Source of the DNA: an uncultured Gammaproteobacteria bacterium
Lineage (GTDB): Bacteria; Patescibacteriota; Microgenomatia; UBA8517
Assembly: GCA_964607795.1 (NCBI GenBank)
Contig: CAZSLA010000002.1
Location: 1 to 50,886 of the forward strand
Direction of reading: 5' to 3'
DNA length: 50,886 bases
Part shown: one piece after another, positions 35,325-45,884 of the stretch
Numbering within the stretch: position 1 is the stretch's first letter
How the letters are laid out: every line of letters begins with the position of its first letter
The notes under the pieces: model-generated
What the model was told of the DNA's origin: nothing
Databases searched by the model: none
What the model saw: the letters and a program-made list of their open reading frames with translations, nothing else
Translations under genes and position numbers: made by a program

Positions 35325-36229
35325 CGAAATAAATAATTAAACTTCACTTTTATATATCGAAGTGTCCGTAATAGTTTTATTCCCAGGTAAACAAACAGAT
35401 TAACAATAGTGTTATAATTTTTTGACAGATATTTTTTATAAAAAATCTCCATGGAATTGACGCCTGCAAGCACATACTTTAGCCTTTCTTGTTTGTTGCC
35501 TTTAAGATTCTGTTTATTTTTACCCTTGGTAAAACCCTTTAAATGAGTAATTGACACCTTTGGATAATAAACCAATTTATAGCCTTTTTGTTTAATTTTC
35601 CAGCTAAGGTCAATGTCTTCTCCATCCAAAAAATAATCCTCGCTAAACCAGCCGACCTCATCCAAAACCTTTTTCCTGGTTAGAAAAAAGGCGCCCTGCA
35701 AAACGTCTACCTCGTGGATTTTGTCCGGAGAAACATAGCCATACCAATACCTTGCAAAAAGCTCTGACGCGGGAAACAACCTGTCGAGCCCAGAAAAATG
35801 GGTTAACGACACCCAGGGAGTTGGGAAGGAGCGCCTTGCGTCTTTGTCCAGTTCTCCATTTGCCATCACCAGCTTGCAAGTAAGGGCCCCGATTGCGTCA
35901 TCTTGTTTCATATATGAAACACAACTATCCAGGACGCCGCTTATAACAATGGTGTCGGTATTTAAAAAGAGGACGAATTTGTGCTTTATATATTTTCGGG
36001 CGATATTATTGCCCTTGGCAAAGCCCAAGTTTTCTTTATTTTCAAGACATGTCACTTGGGGAAAAAATTTTCTGACCATCTCAGAGGATCCATCAGAAGA
36101 CCCGTTATCCACAACAACAATTTCAAAACTGATTTTATCGCCTACTTCACTCAATGACTTTAAGCAATTAAAAAGTAAGTCTTTGGTGTTGAAATTTAAA
36201 ATTATGATTGCTAACTGGGCTGTTTTCAT
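35321..36229 (-). CDS. Glycosyltransferase family 2 (GT-A)
   Basis: 302 aa with IIILNFNT, VVVDNGSSDGS, and the DxD-like FLNTDT. Confidence 0.85.
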   Translation of the reverse strand: MKTAQLAIIILNFNTKDLLFNCLKSLSEVGDKISFEIVVVDNGSSDGSSEMVRKFFPQVTCLENKENLGFAKGNNIARKYIKHKFVLFLNTDTIVISGVLDSCVSYMKQDDAIGALTCKLVMANGELDKDARRSFPTPWVSLTHFSGLDRLFPASELFARYWYGYVSPDKIHEVDVLQGAFFLTRKKVLDEVGWFSEDYFLDGEDIDLSWKIKQKGYKLVYYPKVSITHLKGFTKGKNKQNLKGNKQERLKYVLAGVNSMEIFYKKYLSKNYNTIVNLFVYLGIKLLRTLRYIKVKFNYLFR

Positions 36230-37419
36230 TTTTTCAGGACTTTTTTGTATATTTCATCATGTAGCTTCACGACTTCTTTCCAATCATAATTTTCCTTGAC
36301 GAAGCTCTTGCCGGCTTTGCCTATTTTTTTCCTGAGCTTGTGATCTTGCAAAAGATTGATTGCCAAATTGGCCATGCCTTTGCCTGAATCACTAACCAGT
36401 GCGTGCACACCCGGCTTTAAACCAAGCCCAGCAATACCGTTTGTGGTAGAAACTATGGGAAGCCCTGCAGCCATGGCCTCCAGAACCTTCAGCCTGGTGC
36501 CACCAGAGCTTCTGATAGGCGTAACCATCAAACTGGCAGAACCATACGCATCACGAGCATCTTCGATTGACTCGGTTATTTCTATGTCACTGCGTCCGTA
36601 AGCTAACTCAACAAAGCGCTCGGGGATCATCCTGCCCACAAGCCAAAGCTTAGCATCCGGCACTTTGGTATGGATATGAGGCCAGACTTCTTTTAAAAGC
36701 ACATCCACCGCCTCTACATTTTGCAGCCACTCAAAGTTCGTTACGCCATACATCACTCGTGGCGGGCTTTTTTTCTTTACTTTTTTGGCAGCGTAATAAT
36801 CCGCATCCACGCCGTTGGGGATCACATCCGCACGAATACCTACCAGCTTTTCCATAATTTTACTGTCTTCATCTGACACAGCCACCAACTGATCAGCTTT
36901 TTTCCAAAAATGAAGCTCCCAAAAACGAAGTTTTAAAATATCAATCATTAAAAGCGGCCGTAAAAACGGATGAATTTCATTATCGACGAAATGTTTATAT
37001 ACCTGGTATTCGATAGTTTGTTCCACCATTACCGAAGGTAAGGATGTCGTCGGAATGTGAGGCATGACATAGAATGTTTCTGCGTGAATCAAATCATAGT
37101 CTCCATTTTCGAGCTCCTTTTTAATAGCCACTTTTTCAGCAAAAGAAAAATTGCGTACCACCAAAAGCGGATAAGGGGTCAGGGCGGTAAACAACAGATT
37201 ACGGATAGTCCAGGGGGACTTTGGCCGTTTAAAGACCTTAACTTTTTTGCAATATTTCTCAAGCTCGGGAAGATATTTTTTTTCAGCGTCGTCTTTGATT
37301 AAGGACAAAAGGGTTATTTCATGGCTTTGTGATAAGTACTTAATTATATTATACCAGCGGGTCTGCCCGCCAGATGTCTGCGTATTGGGTAAAAACGGAA
37401 CGATTAGTAAAATTTTCAT
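36226..37419 (-). CDS. Glycosyltransferase family 4 (GT-B)
   Basis: 397 aa with SGGTRLKVLEAMAAGLPIVST. Confidence 0.83.
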   Translation of the reverse strand: MKILLIVPFLPNTQTSGGQTRWYNIIKYLSQSHEITLLSLIKDDAEKKYLPELEKYCKKVKVFKRPKSPWTIRNLLFTALTPYPLLVVRNFSFAEKVAIKKELENGDYDLIHAETFYVMPHIPTTSLPSVMVEQTIEYQVYKHFVDNEIHPFLRPLLMIDILKLRFWELHFWKKADQLVAVSDEDSKIMEKLVGIRADVIPNGVDADYYAAKKVKKKSPPRVMYGVTNFEWLQNVEAVDVLLKEVWPHIHTKVPDAKLWLVGRMIPERFVELAYGRSDIEITESIEDARDAYGSASLMVTPIRSSGGTRLKVLEAMAAGLPIVSTTNGIAGLGLKPGVHALVSDSGKGMANLAINLLQDHKLRKKIGKAGKSFVKENYDWKEVVKLHDEIYKKVLKK

Positions 37420-38912
37420 AGGCTTCTTTTTTGACTTAAGTCTATTATTACATAGTCATCTCCTTCTTCCACAACTTCGTAGATATTTTTAAAGTTTAGC
37501 GTGTCTAAACTGGACTTATCAGAAGACACAAAATACTGAGCACCTTTGTCTATCATGCTTTCTATACCTTCATCCACAACCGGCCATCCGCGTCTACCAG
37601 TTTGATATAAGAAAGCAGTACTTCCGTTATATGGAGCGATCACGAAAGCGTCTTTAGGCAGTATCTCATTGGCTCTTTTTCCTGCCGTAATTATGGCATA
37701 ATCATTAATTGCATAATAATCTTTTGTTTGATAAAAACCTATCCCGTTCATCATAGTTAAGATAAATAAAATTACAGCACAAAACATTGGTTTATTTACC
37801 AGTTTAATAGACCAAAGTGATGTTATACCGCGTGCAAATAAAAGTGCCACGGGCGGGATTAGATACAGCTGATAATAATCGTGTTTTACATTGGCTGTGG
37901 CAACAATTAAAACATATAGTATGACCGCTAATAAAAAAGTTAAAATTAACCCATAGCCTTCTTTGTTTTCTTTTTTTGTTTTCTGGCTGATAACTCCTGC
38001 CAAAAACGGAAAAAGGCCCCACATTCCCAGCATCAATCGCCCCAGCCTTTCTCCGAATATCCAGCGCCAAAAAGCAGGCCGAAAGCGGATGCCATCCCCG
38101 TTAAATGCCCAACTTGTGGTGTGCGGGATGCCCACTAAATACTCACCCTGACTCATCCACGCCCGCCATAAAAATACGGGAATTAAGGAAATATCAAGCG
38201 CCAACAAAAGCGGTATGTTTGTTAAAAGTTTTCGCATACCGAATTTTTTATAAGCTAAGTATAAAATGGGAAGAAAATAAAAAATGCCAAAGGGCTTGGC
38301 AAGAAGCGCCAAAGCCATGAGGAGCGCACTTACAAACAATTGCCATTTTTTGCTGCTCAGAAAATACAAGTAAAATAGCCAAACAGACGAAACCCCTAAA
38401 GTGACTGCCAAAGGATCGGGCAAAATTACGCGCGTGTAATAAATAGTATAAGGGTTAAAAGTCACAAAAAATGCTGTCCAAAAGCCACCCCAAAATCCCC
38501 AGAGCTTTTGGCCAAATAAATACATAACCAGGATCAAGAGTATCCCTATAAACACAGACACCAGCCTGCCCGCGGCTTCAAAACTACCCGGATAAATATA
38601 ATCCATGCCCAGATGAAGCACGTTATACAAGGGAAACTCCACAAAGCGATAGCCTTGAGGGTTAAAATAGCCGGTTTGTATTCTGGAAATATCATGATAG
38701 CGCGGGCGAAGCAAATCCAGGCCTTCTTCTTTGTATATTTTTGTGACCGAGGCGGTATCTGCCTGGCGCCATGAGTGCCAATCTGTAAGCGGAATGTTGA
38801 TTTTATATAGCCGGAAAACAAGGGCCAAAACCAAAATTCCAGAAAACAGTCCGTATTTGACAATATCAGCATTTATAACAGACTTTGCTTTTTCAAACAA
38901 TTGTTTTTGCAT
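37416..38912 (-). CDS. GT-C fold membrane glycosyltransferase (ArnT / PMT, GT39/83-like)
   Basis: About 498 aa from the ATG at 38912 (TAATG overlap with the upstream stop). There are more than 10 TM helices and an early loop WHSWRQADTASV. The track ORF starts at 38975. Confidence 0.72.
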   Translation of the reverse strand: MQKQLFEKAKSVINADIVKYGLFSGILVLALVFRLYKINIPLTDWHSWRQADTASVTKIYKEEGLDLLRPRYHDISRIQTGYFNPQGYRFVEFPLYNVLHLGMDYIYPGSFEAAGRLVSVFIGILLILVMYLFGQKLWGFWGGFWTAFFVTFNPYTIYYTRVILPDPLAVTLGVSSVWLFYLYFLSSKKWQLFVSALLMALALLAKPFGIFYFLPILYLAYKKFGMRKLLTNIPLLLALDISLIPVFLWRAWMSQGEYLVGIPHTTSWAFNGDGIRFRPAFWRWIFGERLGRLMLGMWGLFPFLAGVISQKTKKENKEGYGLILTFLLAVILYVLIVATANVKHDYYQLYLIPPVALLFARGITSLWSIKLVNKPMFCAVILFILTMMNGIGFYQTKDYYAINDYAIITAGKRANEILPKDAFVIAPYNGSTAFLYQTGRRGWPVVDEGIESMIDKGAQYFVSSDKSSLDTLNFKNIYEVVEEGDDYVIIDLSQKRSL

Positions 38913-40270
38913 TATTTTTTGTTTTCTAAAAGATGCGTTACCGCAACAAACATGCCGGACAAAAACCAAAAGCAAGTGGCATATTTTGAAGCCTCAAGAA
39001 TGTCAATAAAAAGCATCAGCAAAAATATGCCAGGTATTGCGGCTAGATACGCCAAGACATAAATTTCCATAAGACCCTTTTTATGCAAGGGAAAATTTTT
39101 AAGCCCTTGAAAAATAATTTCCAGTAAAACAAAACACAAAGCTAAAAATCCCAAAATTCCGGTCTCCCCAAGCATGCGCAAAAAATCATTGTCTGTGGCC
39201 AGGGTAATCGAAGAATAGCCGGTGCCCACAAGCGGGTTTTTCTTCAGGGCGCGGATGGCCCGCGGCCATTCAACATTAAAGCGGATCGAAGATGATCTGT
39301 CCTCCACGACCTGAGCGGGCTGGGGCGTGGGAGTCTGGGTGTTGATCCTTTGACTTTCAGAGTCCTGGGCATAAATGCTTACAACCGGTACTTCAGTAAT
39401 TTTTTTACTTGCCACCTCAATCAGCTGCAGATACCTATCCATAAGCTTTGAGGACAGGGAAATAAAAATTAAGCTGGCAGCCAGCACCAAAAACAAGTAT
39501 TTGTATTTACGAAGGAGGACCAAAATAGCACTCACTCCCAGACCATAGGACACAATCGATATTCTCTGAGCTGCATTGATCAAAAGCCACAGCCCTGCAA
39601 TGAATAGGCCCAAAAATATGAGTCTAAAAGCAAATAGTTTTTTTATGCCCAGCTCTTTCAAGGCTCTCTTTGTGCCGAAGATTAAACCAGCAAGCATCGG
39701 CATGATGGTTACAAGAAAACTCGCCAGGTCATAATGGCCTGCAAAAGTGGAGGGAATGTGCGCTCCCGGCACCCAATAAAGTGCAATGCCCTTTGAATAT
39801 TCGTAATTTTGCGTGGTTATAATCGGCCAATTTAAATATCTTTGGCCCACGCCGACAACAAAGATGTAAAGCAAACAAAGAAAAAATAATTTAATAAAAA
39901 AGGCCAAATCCTTTGAGCCTTTAATAACAAAGAGCCCCACAAAAAACATACCCATATACTCAATACGGCGCAGAAAATGTAACAGGCCGATGGCCGGAAC
40001 TACAGTCTTCGTCACCAAAATAGCTGAAAGTAAACTAACAAATCCGACAAAAAAATAAATAAATACCGACTGGTTAATCCTGCTGATAAGAAACGGCCTT
40101 ATGTCACGGGCAACGACGGTCAACAAAACCAGATAGGTTAAAAACAAAACCAGATCTTCAAAGCGGATGGACACTTGGCTTCCCGGTATGGAAAAAAAGG
40201 GAAACTTTGGCACCAGAAGAAGCACAATCAAACAAAAAGCTGCCATATATTTTAAAATATTTTTACTCAT
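38912..40270 (-). CDS. O-antigen ligase / polymerase-like protein (Wzy_C domain)
   Basis: Polytopic membrane protein with an external loop containing TDNDFLRMLGETGILGF. The preferred start at 40270 gives an ATGA overlap. The track ORF starts at 40297. Confidence 0.72.
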   Translation of the reverse strand: MSKNILKYMAAFCLIVLLLVPKFPFFSIPGSQVSIRFEDLVLFLTYLVLLTVVARDIRPFLISRINQSVFIYFFVGFVSLLSAILVTKTVVPAIGLLHFLRRIEYMGMFFVGLFVIKGSKDLAFFIKLFFLCLLYIFVVGVGQRYLNWPIITTQNYEYSKGIALYWVPGAHIPSTFAGHYDLASFLVTIMPMLAGLIFGTKRALKELGIKKLFAFRLIFLGLFIAGLWLLINAAQRISIVSYGLGVSAILVLLRKYKYLFLVLAASLIFISLSSKLMDRYLQLIEVASKKITEVPVVSIYAQDSESQRINTQTPTPQPAQVVEDRSSSIRFNVEWPRAIRALKKNPLVGTGYSSITLATDNDFLRMLGETGILGFLALCFVLLEIIFQGLKNFPLHKKGLMEIYVLAYLAAIPGIFLLMLFIDILEASKYATCFWFLSGMFVAVTHLLENKK

Positions 40271-40815
40271 CGAAACTTTTTTAAAATTTTTCTCCAAGGA
40301 ATTACTTTAAATTCATCAATTACAAGGCTTAATTGCTTAAGTACCAGCCACAGGGAAAGTGTGATTAAAGCGAAAACAATAATTCGGTTAAGCCGGTAGC
40401 TCGGCACATAACGGATAATTATTTTCTGCTCGTATTTCTTACCTTCGCGCCAGATTTCATCGTTTTGCGCTTGCGGCACAAAGCCGTTTATAAACCAAGA
40501 TTCACGCATTGGGTGAACCAATTCTTCCAGGTAAGAACTTCGCGCCTGGTCGCGGATAAGGGTTTGTGCTTCTTCGGGCGGATAATTAAGCCTTAGGGTT
40601 GGCAGCCAATTAACCTGTCCGTAGTAATGAAGCATCACTTGCTCGCGGGTATAATCCGTATAATAGCCCCGTCTAAGGGGCGTTTCAATGTCGGCCGGCT
40701 CATAGCTAATGAAGGCATCAGGTGTGGGTGCCAAAAACGGCGGCGTCGGGTAAAGCATGTAGCGGATGCCAAATAAAAAGAATACAGCAACAACGAGGAG
40801 GCGGATTTTTTTCAT
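40267..40815 (-). CDS. Hypothetical bitopic membrane protein
   Basis: 182 aa with N- and C-terminal hydrophobic helices flanking a ~120-aa soluble domain. I recognise no motif. Confidence 0.5.
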   Translation of the reverse strand: MKKIRLLVVAVFFLFGIRYMLYPTPPFLAPTPDAFISYEPADIETPLRRGYYTDYTREQVMLHYYGQVNWLPTLRLNYPPEEAQTLIRDQARSSYLEELVHPMRESWFINGFVPQAQNDEIWREGKKYEQKIIIRYVPSYRLNRIIVFALITLSLWLVLKQLSLVIDEFKVIPWRKILKKFR

Positions 40816-40818
40816 AAA

Positions 40819-41460
40819 TTACTGGAACAACCGTGCCCTGCCTAACCGATAGTTTAGATCCTTGTTGGTTCTTTCGCCGATTACCTTTGCGGGTACACCG
40901 CCGACAATCGCATAATCGGTCACATCTTTGGTTACTACTGCTCCGGCAGCAACCACCGCGCCCTTGCCTATTGTCACCCCGGGCAAAATTATGGCTCGTG
41001 GGCCAATAAAAACATAATCGCCAATACTCACTTTTCCATATAATGCCTTGAAATCGGGATTATTCAGATCATGTTCGGAATTATAAAGCATCACATCGCT
41101 TGCTATATCCACATGGCTTCCGATTTCTAGGTTTGCCCTGCCATCCATAAAACAGTTTGCGCCCACGATGGTATCTTTCCCGATCTTCACTCCCTTTGGC
41201 TCAAAATATTTTGCCCCCATGTGGATGGTAGAACCCTTGCCTATTCGAACACCTACCAAGGAAAAGACGAATTTTCGGACAAACCACAAAGGCATATGCA
41301 AGCTAACCGCGTGAATCAAGTAAAGCTTAAAATCCAGCCACCAATTGTAGATACGGGTTAGGATTTTTCTGCCAGCCACCTCCATAGATAATTCCCGTCC
41401 GTGTTTATCGGTAAAAACCAAGCCCTTTTTGCTGATTTTTAAATTATCAGAATACAACAT
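40819..41460 (-). CDS. Left-handed beta-helix (hexapeptide repeat) O-acetyltransferase
   Basis: 213 aa with repeated [LIV]G-x4 hexapeptides ([36 protein letters not shown]). Confidence 0.85.
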   Translation of the reverse strand: MLYSDNLKISKKGLVFTDKHGRELSMEVAGRKILTRIYNWWLDFKLYLIHAVSLHMPLWFVRKFVFSLVGVRIGKGSTIHMGAKYFEPKGVKIGKDTIVGANCFMDGRANLEIGSHVDIASDVMLYNSEHDLNNPDFKALYGKVSIGDYVFIGPRAIILPGVTIGKGAVVAAGAVVTKDVTDYAIVGGVPAKVIGERTNKDLNYRLGRARLFQ

Positions 41461-41462
41461 GT

Positions 41463-42590
41463 TTATTTGGCTTTACGAAAAATATCCAAGGTTTTTCTGG
41501 CCGTGCCTTCCCAGGTAAATTTCTTTGCCCGGGATTTGCCAGCTGTTACCATCTTATTATACTTGCTTTTTGGCATATTTAATAACACGGCAATTTTCTC
41601 AGCAATATCATCTGTGTCATCCGGGTTAACCACCAGGGCAGTTCCACCCGCAACTTCAGGGAGACTGCCGCGATCAGAAACTATCACGGGTACACCAGCC
41701 GCCATGGCATTAACCACATCTATACCAAAGCCCTCCCAAAAAGACGGCAGGATAAAGCCATAAGCATTTACCATCAAGACATGCTTGTCTTCGTCTGGGA
41801 TAAAGTCCGTAAATACCACGCGTTTTGTTATTCCCAATCTTTTGGCTTTTTCAAATATCGATTCGTACAACCAGCCTTTTTTGCCGGCAATCACCAAATC
41901 ACAATCCGGATAATTTTTCTCAACCTTTGCCCAAGCCACAAGTAGCCCTTCTACATTTTTGCTTGGCTTGAGAGTGCTTATAAAAAGCAAATATTTTTTT
42001 TGCACGCCATATTTATTGATAACGCGTCGCACATTTTGAGCGTCAGTTTTATTAATAAAAGCTGACTTATTGTTACCCAGAAGCGTAATGTGTATTTTTT
42101 TTGAAGCAAATTTGTAATGTCGTACAATATCTTCCTTAGTAGTTGCAGATATTGCAATGATATATTTTGATACTATTATAGACCAAGCACTCCAAAGCCT
42201 TAACTGCCAATAATCAAAACGCGTAAATTGCTCCGAAAATTTGAGATAACCAAGATCCATTATAGAACACATTCTGGGCATCGGCGCAAAAGGCGGAATG
42301 TAATGGCTCGGTGAGAAAAAAAGATCGGGCTTGTTTTTGCCGAAAAATAAATTGGGCATGAGTGTCTTAATAATCCACAAATCCCTACCTGGCAAGATGC
42401 GGTATTTCCACCTGAGAGATTCAGGAGGTAATTTTTTGGGCTTATCTTTGAGATAAATCTCAAATTCAAATTCACCTCGCCACTCGGGCTCCAGTTTATA
42501 AATATGCCACAAAAGCTCATAAGCGTATTTATTCACGCCCACCTTATTTTTTATATTAGCCTCATTGCCATCAATTCCGATAAGTATCAT
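41463..42590 (-). CDS. Glycosyltransferase family 4 (GT-B)
   Basis: 375 aa with [22 protein letters not shown]. Confidence 0.85.
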   Translation of the reverse strand: MILIGIDGNEANIKNKVGVNKYAYELLWHIYKLEPEWRGEFEFEIYLKDKPKKLPPESLRWKYRILPGRDLWIIKTLMPNLFFGKNKPDLFFSPSHYIPPFAPMPRMCSIMDLGYLKFSEQFTRFDYWQLRLWSAWSIIVSKYIIAISATTKEDIVRHYKFASKKIHITLLGNNKSAFINKTDAQNVRRVINKYGVQKKYLLFISTLKPSKNVEGLLVAWAKVEKNYPDCDLVIAGKKGWLYESIFEKAKRLGITKRVVFTDFIPDEDKHVLMVNAYGFILPSFWEGFGIDVVNAMAAGVPVIVSDRGSLPEVAGGTALVVNPDDTDDIAEKIAVLLNMPKSKYNKMVTAGKSRAKKFTWEGTARKTLDIFRKAK

Positions 42591-42596
42591 CTTATT

Positions 42597-43691
42597 TTAC
42601 TTCTGGCTTTCTTCATATACCTTTAAAGTTTCGCGGGCGGACTTTTCCCAACTGAACTTTTTAAGTTGCTTACTGCCTTTTGCCACTAGCAGCTGCTTAT
42701 TATTTATAGCCTCAATTATTCCATTTGAAATAGCATCAATATTTGTCGGATCCACAAGGACCGCGGCATTTCCAGCAATCTCCGGCATGCTCGAAATATT
42801 TGAGGTCACAACCGGAATACCCGCGGCAAAAGCTTCCAAAATAGGCAGGCCAAAACCTTCATAAATCGAAGCATACACCAAAACGCTGGCGCCCATATAA
42901 AGTGCCACGAGTTCGGACTCTGAAATGTGACCGGTAAAACGCACTCCACGGCCACCATGAGCTTCCCCGGCACCCACTACCACATGCTGTCCAAGTTCTG
43001 TCCGGCCACTTGCCTTTTCAAAAGCAGCAATAATACGGCCAATATTTTTCCTTTTGACAGTGCCTACTGACAGTGAGTAATTGCCGTGCAGCTTAAATTT
43101 CTTTTTAGCGCGCTCTATCTGCTCTTGGGAAACATGGGAAAAATCAAGTGACAAGGCCTCAGGAATTACTCTGATTTTATTTTCACTCAAGCCAAATTTA
43201 ACTAAGTCCTTTTGGGTGGCTTGGGAGGGAACAATTACTCTATCTTCCTCGCGCAAAACCTTATGAAGCCTACGATTGTGCACTTCCACTATTTTGGGGT
43301 GAGTTTCTTTGGGAAACAAAATTGGCGCCAGATCGTGGACTGTCGTCACCTTAAAGGCGTGTGCCTTAAACTGTGCCCAGTCGCTACTATGGTAAACGTC
43401 CACCTTGCCCACCAGTTTTTCCACCGCCAATATATCCAACCGGTTTGAAAGAACATCTGCAAGCGATGGTGCAAGCAGCGAAAACTTGGTTTCAAACTTA
43501 CCATCAAGGCCTTTGGCAAAATCCTCAAGTTCCGTTTTTCTTCTCAAAGACCCGCCAAAAATAATATAGTCATTTTTGGCATCAATTTTCAGTAAACTTT
43601 GCACCAAGCGCCTGGTATAAACAGAGACGCCGGTTCCGTAGATTACTGCCGAAACATCAATTGCTATTTTCATTGGCGTATTCCCAGACAA
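42597..43691 (-). CDS. Glycosyltransferase family 4 (GT-B)
   Basis: 364 aa with YEGFGLPILEAFAAGIPVVTSN. An alternative start lies at 43673 (MKIAIDVS). Confidence 0.85.
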   Translation of the reverse strand: MSGNTPMKIAIDVSAVIYGTGVSVYTRRLVQSLLKIDAKNDYIIFGGSLRRKTELEDFAKGLDGKFETKFSLLAPSLADVLSNRLDILAVEKLVGKVDVYHSSDWAQFKAHAFKVTTVHDLAPILFPKETHPKIVEVHNRRLHKVLREEDRVIVPSQATQKDLVKFGLSENKIRVIPEALSLDFSHVSQEQIERAKKKFKLHGNYSLSVGTVKRKNIGRIIAAFEKASGRTELGQHVVVGAGEAHGGRGVRFTGHISESELVALYMGASVLVYASIYEGFGLPILEAFAAGIPVVTSNISSMPEIAGNAAVLVDPTNIDAISNGIIEAINNKQLLVAKGSKQLKKFSWEKSARETLKVYEESQK

Positions 43692-45042
43692 CTATACCAT
43701 TAAAATCATGTTCATTAATTTTTTGATAGCCCCGCTCTTCAACCATTTTTCTGGCCTTATCTTCAGGGTCAAATATATCTACCACATAACGCATAAGTAA
43801 AATTTTAGCCTTATCAAATTTTAGTGCAGGATAATAAGAAAGGCTTGCTTGGGAATTATAATAATACATGCCTTCCATCTGTGAATTGGCCACAAACACA
43901 ATCTCCGCATCCTGAGACTGGACATAATTTGCAAACTCGCGCCAATCTTCGCGATGAAAATGGGGATATGCAAAATAGCGGTAATTAAACATCAAAGCAA
44001 TTAATAAAAAGCCCAGCAAAAAGGGAAAAAAGAAATCAGTCGGCAGTTTTTGTACACCCGCCGCCAAAAGTAATACTAGTGCAGGCAAAACAAAAAGTAA
44101 ACGAAAATAGCTGACCACAGGAATAAAAAGCCCGACAGCAAGTGCTATTATTATCGGGATTAATAGCCAGAATACAAAAATTTTTGCTTTTTTGTCTTTA
44201 TTGATCGCGAGCATAATGGGTATTGCCCACAGGAGGGCACTCAGCGCTACCCAAAAAGCATAGACAAACTTATTTTCATAATTTATCCTTCCCAGCATAA
44301 ATTTTGTAGGGAGAAGAAAAATATTTTTCAAACTTGGTTGGCCTAAAATTGCCCACCAGGCGGAGGTTTGAGTTTTTACACCCAGGCCATGTGCAAACTG
44401 ACCCCCCAATATTGGCCAATATAAAACAAGCACCAATGCCAAGGGCAAATGAGCCAAAATAAACCTGAACCAAAAGCCTTGATCTTTTTTTCGTAAATAA
44501 CTAAGAAGCCAAAAAACCGGCACAATAAAGCTGCCCACATAATCAGTCATGACTACAAGCAGTAAAGAAATACCATAACCGAGCCACAAAAATAAGCTTT
44601 GTTTTTTGGTATAAATTAGTTTGCTAAAAAACCAAAATGCCAAAATTACCATAAAGCTAAGCATGCTGTACATCCTTGCCTCCGTTGAATAGTAAACATG
44701 GAGCGGATTAACGGCCAAAAATAACGCCGCCAAAAAAGCAGTGGATTTGTTTTTAAATAACTCATTCCCAAGCTTATACACAAGACAAATGGTGAACAAG
44801 GCAAAGAGCAATGACAGGCTTCTTAAAGTCGACTCACTATAACCAAAAGCCTCACTCCAGATTTTTAAGGCGAAATAATACAAAGGCGGATGAAAATCAT
44901 TGGCCAAGAATTGGTGCAAAATCCCGGACAAATCGAAATTGCGCACCACCAGTCCACTTGTGGCCTCATCCAGCCAGAAAGACTCATTGATGTTCACGAG
45001 GCGCAAAAAAGCTGCCAAAAACAGAATGAAAATTAAAGTCAT
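43657..45042 (-). CDS. GT-C fold membrane glycosyltransferase (family 39 / ArnT-like)
   Basis: 461 aa with the N-terminal motif ESFWLDEATS, HPPLYY, and more than 10 TM helices. Confidence 0.78.
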   Translation of the reverse strand: MTLIFILFLAAFLRLVNINESFWLDEATSGLVVRNFDLSGILHQFLANDFHPPLYYFALKIWSEAFGYSESTLRSLSLLFALFTICLVYKLGNELFKNKSTAFLAALFLAVNPLHVYYSTEARMYSMLSFMVILAFWFFSKLIYTKKQSLFLWLGYGISLLLVVMTDYVGSFIVPVFWLLSYLRKKDQGFWFRFILAHLPLALVLVLYWPILGGQFAHGLGVKTQTSAWWAILGQPSLKNIFLLPTKFMLGRINYENKFVYAFWVALSALLWAIPIMLAINKDKKAKIFVFWLLIPIIIALAVGLFIPVVSYFRLLFVLPALVLLLAAGVQKLPTDFFFPFLLGFLLIALMFNYRYFAYPHFHREDWREFANYVQSQDAEIVFVANSQMEGMYYYNSQASLSYYPALKFDKAKILLMRYVVDIFDPEDKARKMVEERGYQKINEHDFNGIVVWEYANENSN

Positions 45043-45884
45043 TATTTTGCTCCCTTGCCAAAAAAATTATATTCCAAAATACCGATTGTCATAGCCGTGT
45101 TATAAACCAGTTTGAAGAGAATAAACTTTGGTTCATGGAAGCGAATTGCCCCCCACAGGCCAAGTCCAAGGGTAAACGGCAGACTATAGCGAATTAAAAC
45201 CAGCCAGGCTCCAACTTTGCCCAGTTTATATTCCCGTTTGCCAGTCCAACGAGCTTGGCTAAAGACCTCTTGGAACGAGGCTGGATTTTTATGATAAAAC
45301 CTGGCACCTTTGACTACCATCGCTTGATACCCAAGCTTTTTGCCCAAGGTATAATCATCGGTATAGCCGCCCTTGGCAAAGCCGCTGACCCGCCTAAACT
45401 CGCTTGTTAAAACAGCCCGAAAAACCCGATCTTTTTTTTTAATCCTTTTGTGCAAACGGTCATCTGCAATACCATGGTTATAATTCCACATTCTGGCCCA
45501 GGCATTTTCCCAATTGGCAACAAATTCCTCATGGCTGGTAGTTCCTTTGGTTTTGGCATTGATAATCGGCTCGGTCAATTCCAGCAAAAAGCGTTTGTCA
45601 AAAGTCATGTCAGCATCCACAAAAACTAAAATCTCGCCGCCGGCCTTATTGGCTCCCAGATTGCGGGCCATTGCCGGGCCCTGATGATCCTGACTCGCAA
45701 GTAATAGCTTTTGCTTTGTAAAATATTTTTTGGCCACCAGGATTTTTGCTTTGCTTTGGTCTTTGGAGCCATCATCCACCACAATCATCTCAAAATCTTG
45801 ATAAGTTTGCTTGGACATGGAGATGAGACACGCCAAGATCACCTTGGCTTCGTTATAAACGGGGATGATGACACTGATTTTCAT
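45042..45884 (-). CDS. Glycosyltransferase family 2 with a C-terminal membrane anchor (polyprenyl-phosphate sugar synthase-like)
   Basis: 280 aa with SVIIPVYNE, VVDDGSKDQS, FVDADM, and two C-terminal hydrophobic helices. Confidence 0.8.
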   Translation of the reverse strand: MKISVIIPVYNEAKVILACLISMSKQTYQDFEMIVVDDGSKDQSKAKILVAKKYFTKQKLLLASQDHQGPAMARNLGANKAGGEILVFVDADMTFDKRFLLELTEPIINAKTKGTTSHEEFVANWENAWARMWNYNHGIADDRLHKRIKKKDRVFRAVLTSEFRRVSGFAKGGYTDDYTLGKKLGYQAMVVKGARFYHKNPASFQEVFSQARWTGKREYKLGKVGAWLVLIRYSLPFTLGLGLWGAIRFHEPKFILFKLVYNTAMTIGILEYNFFGKGAK

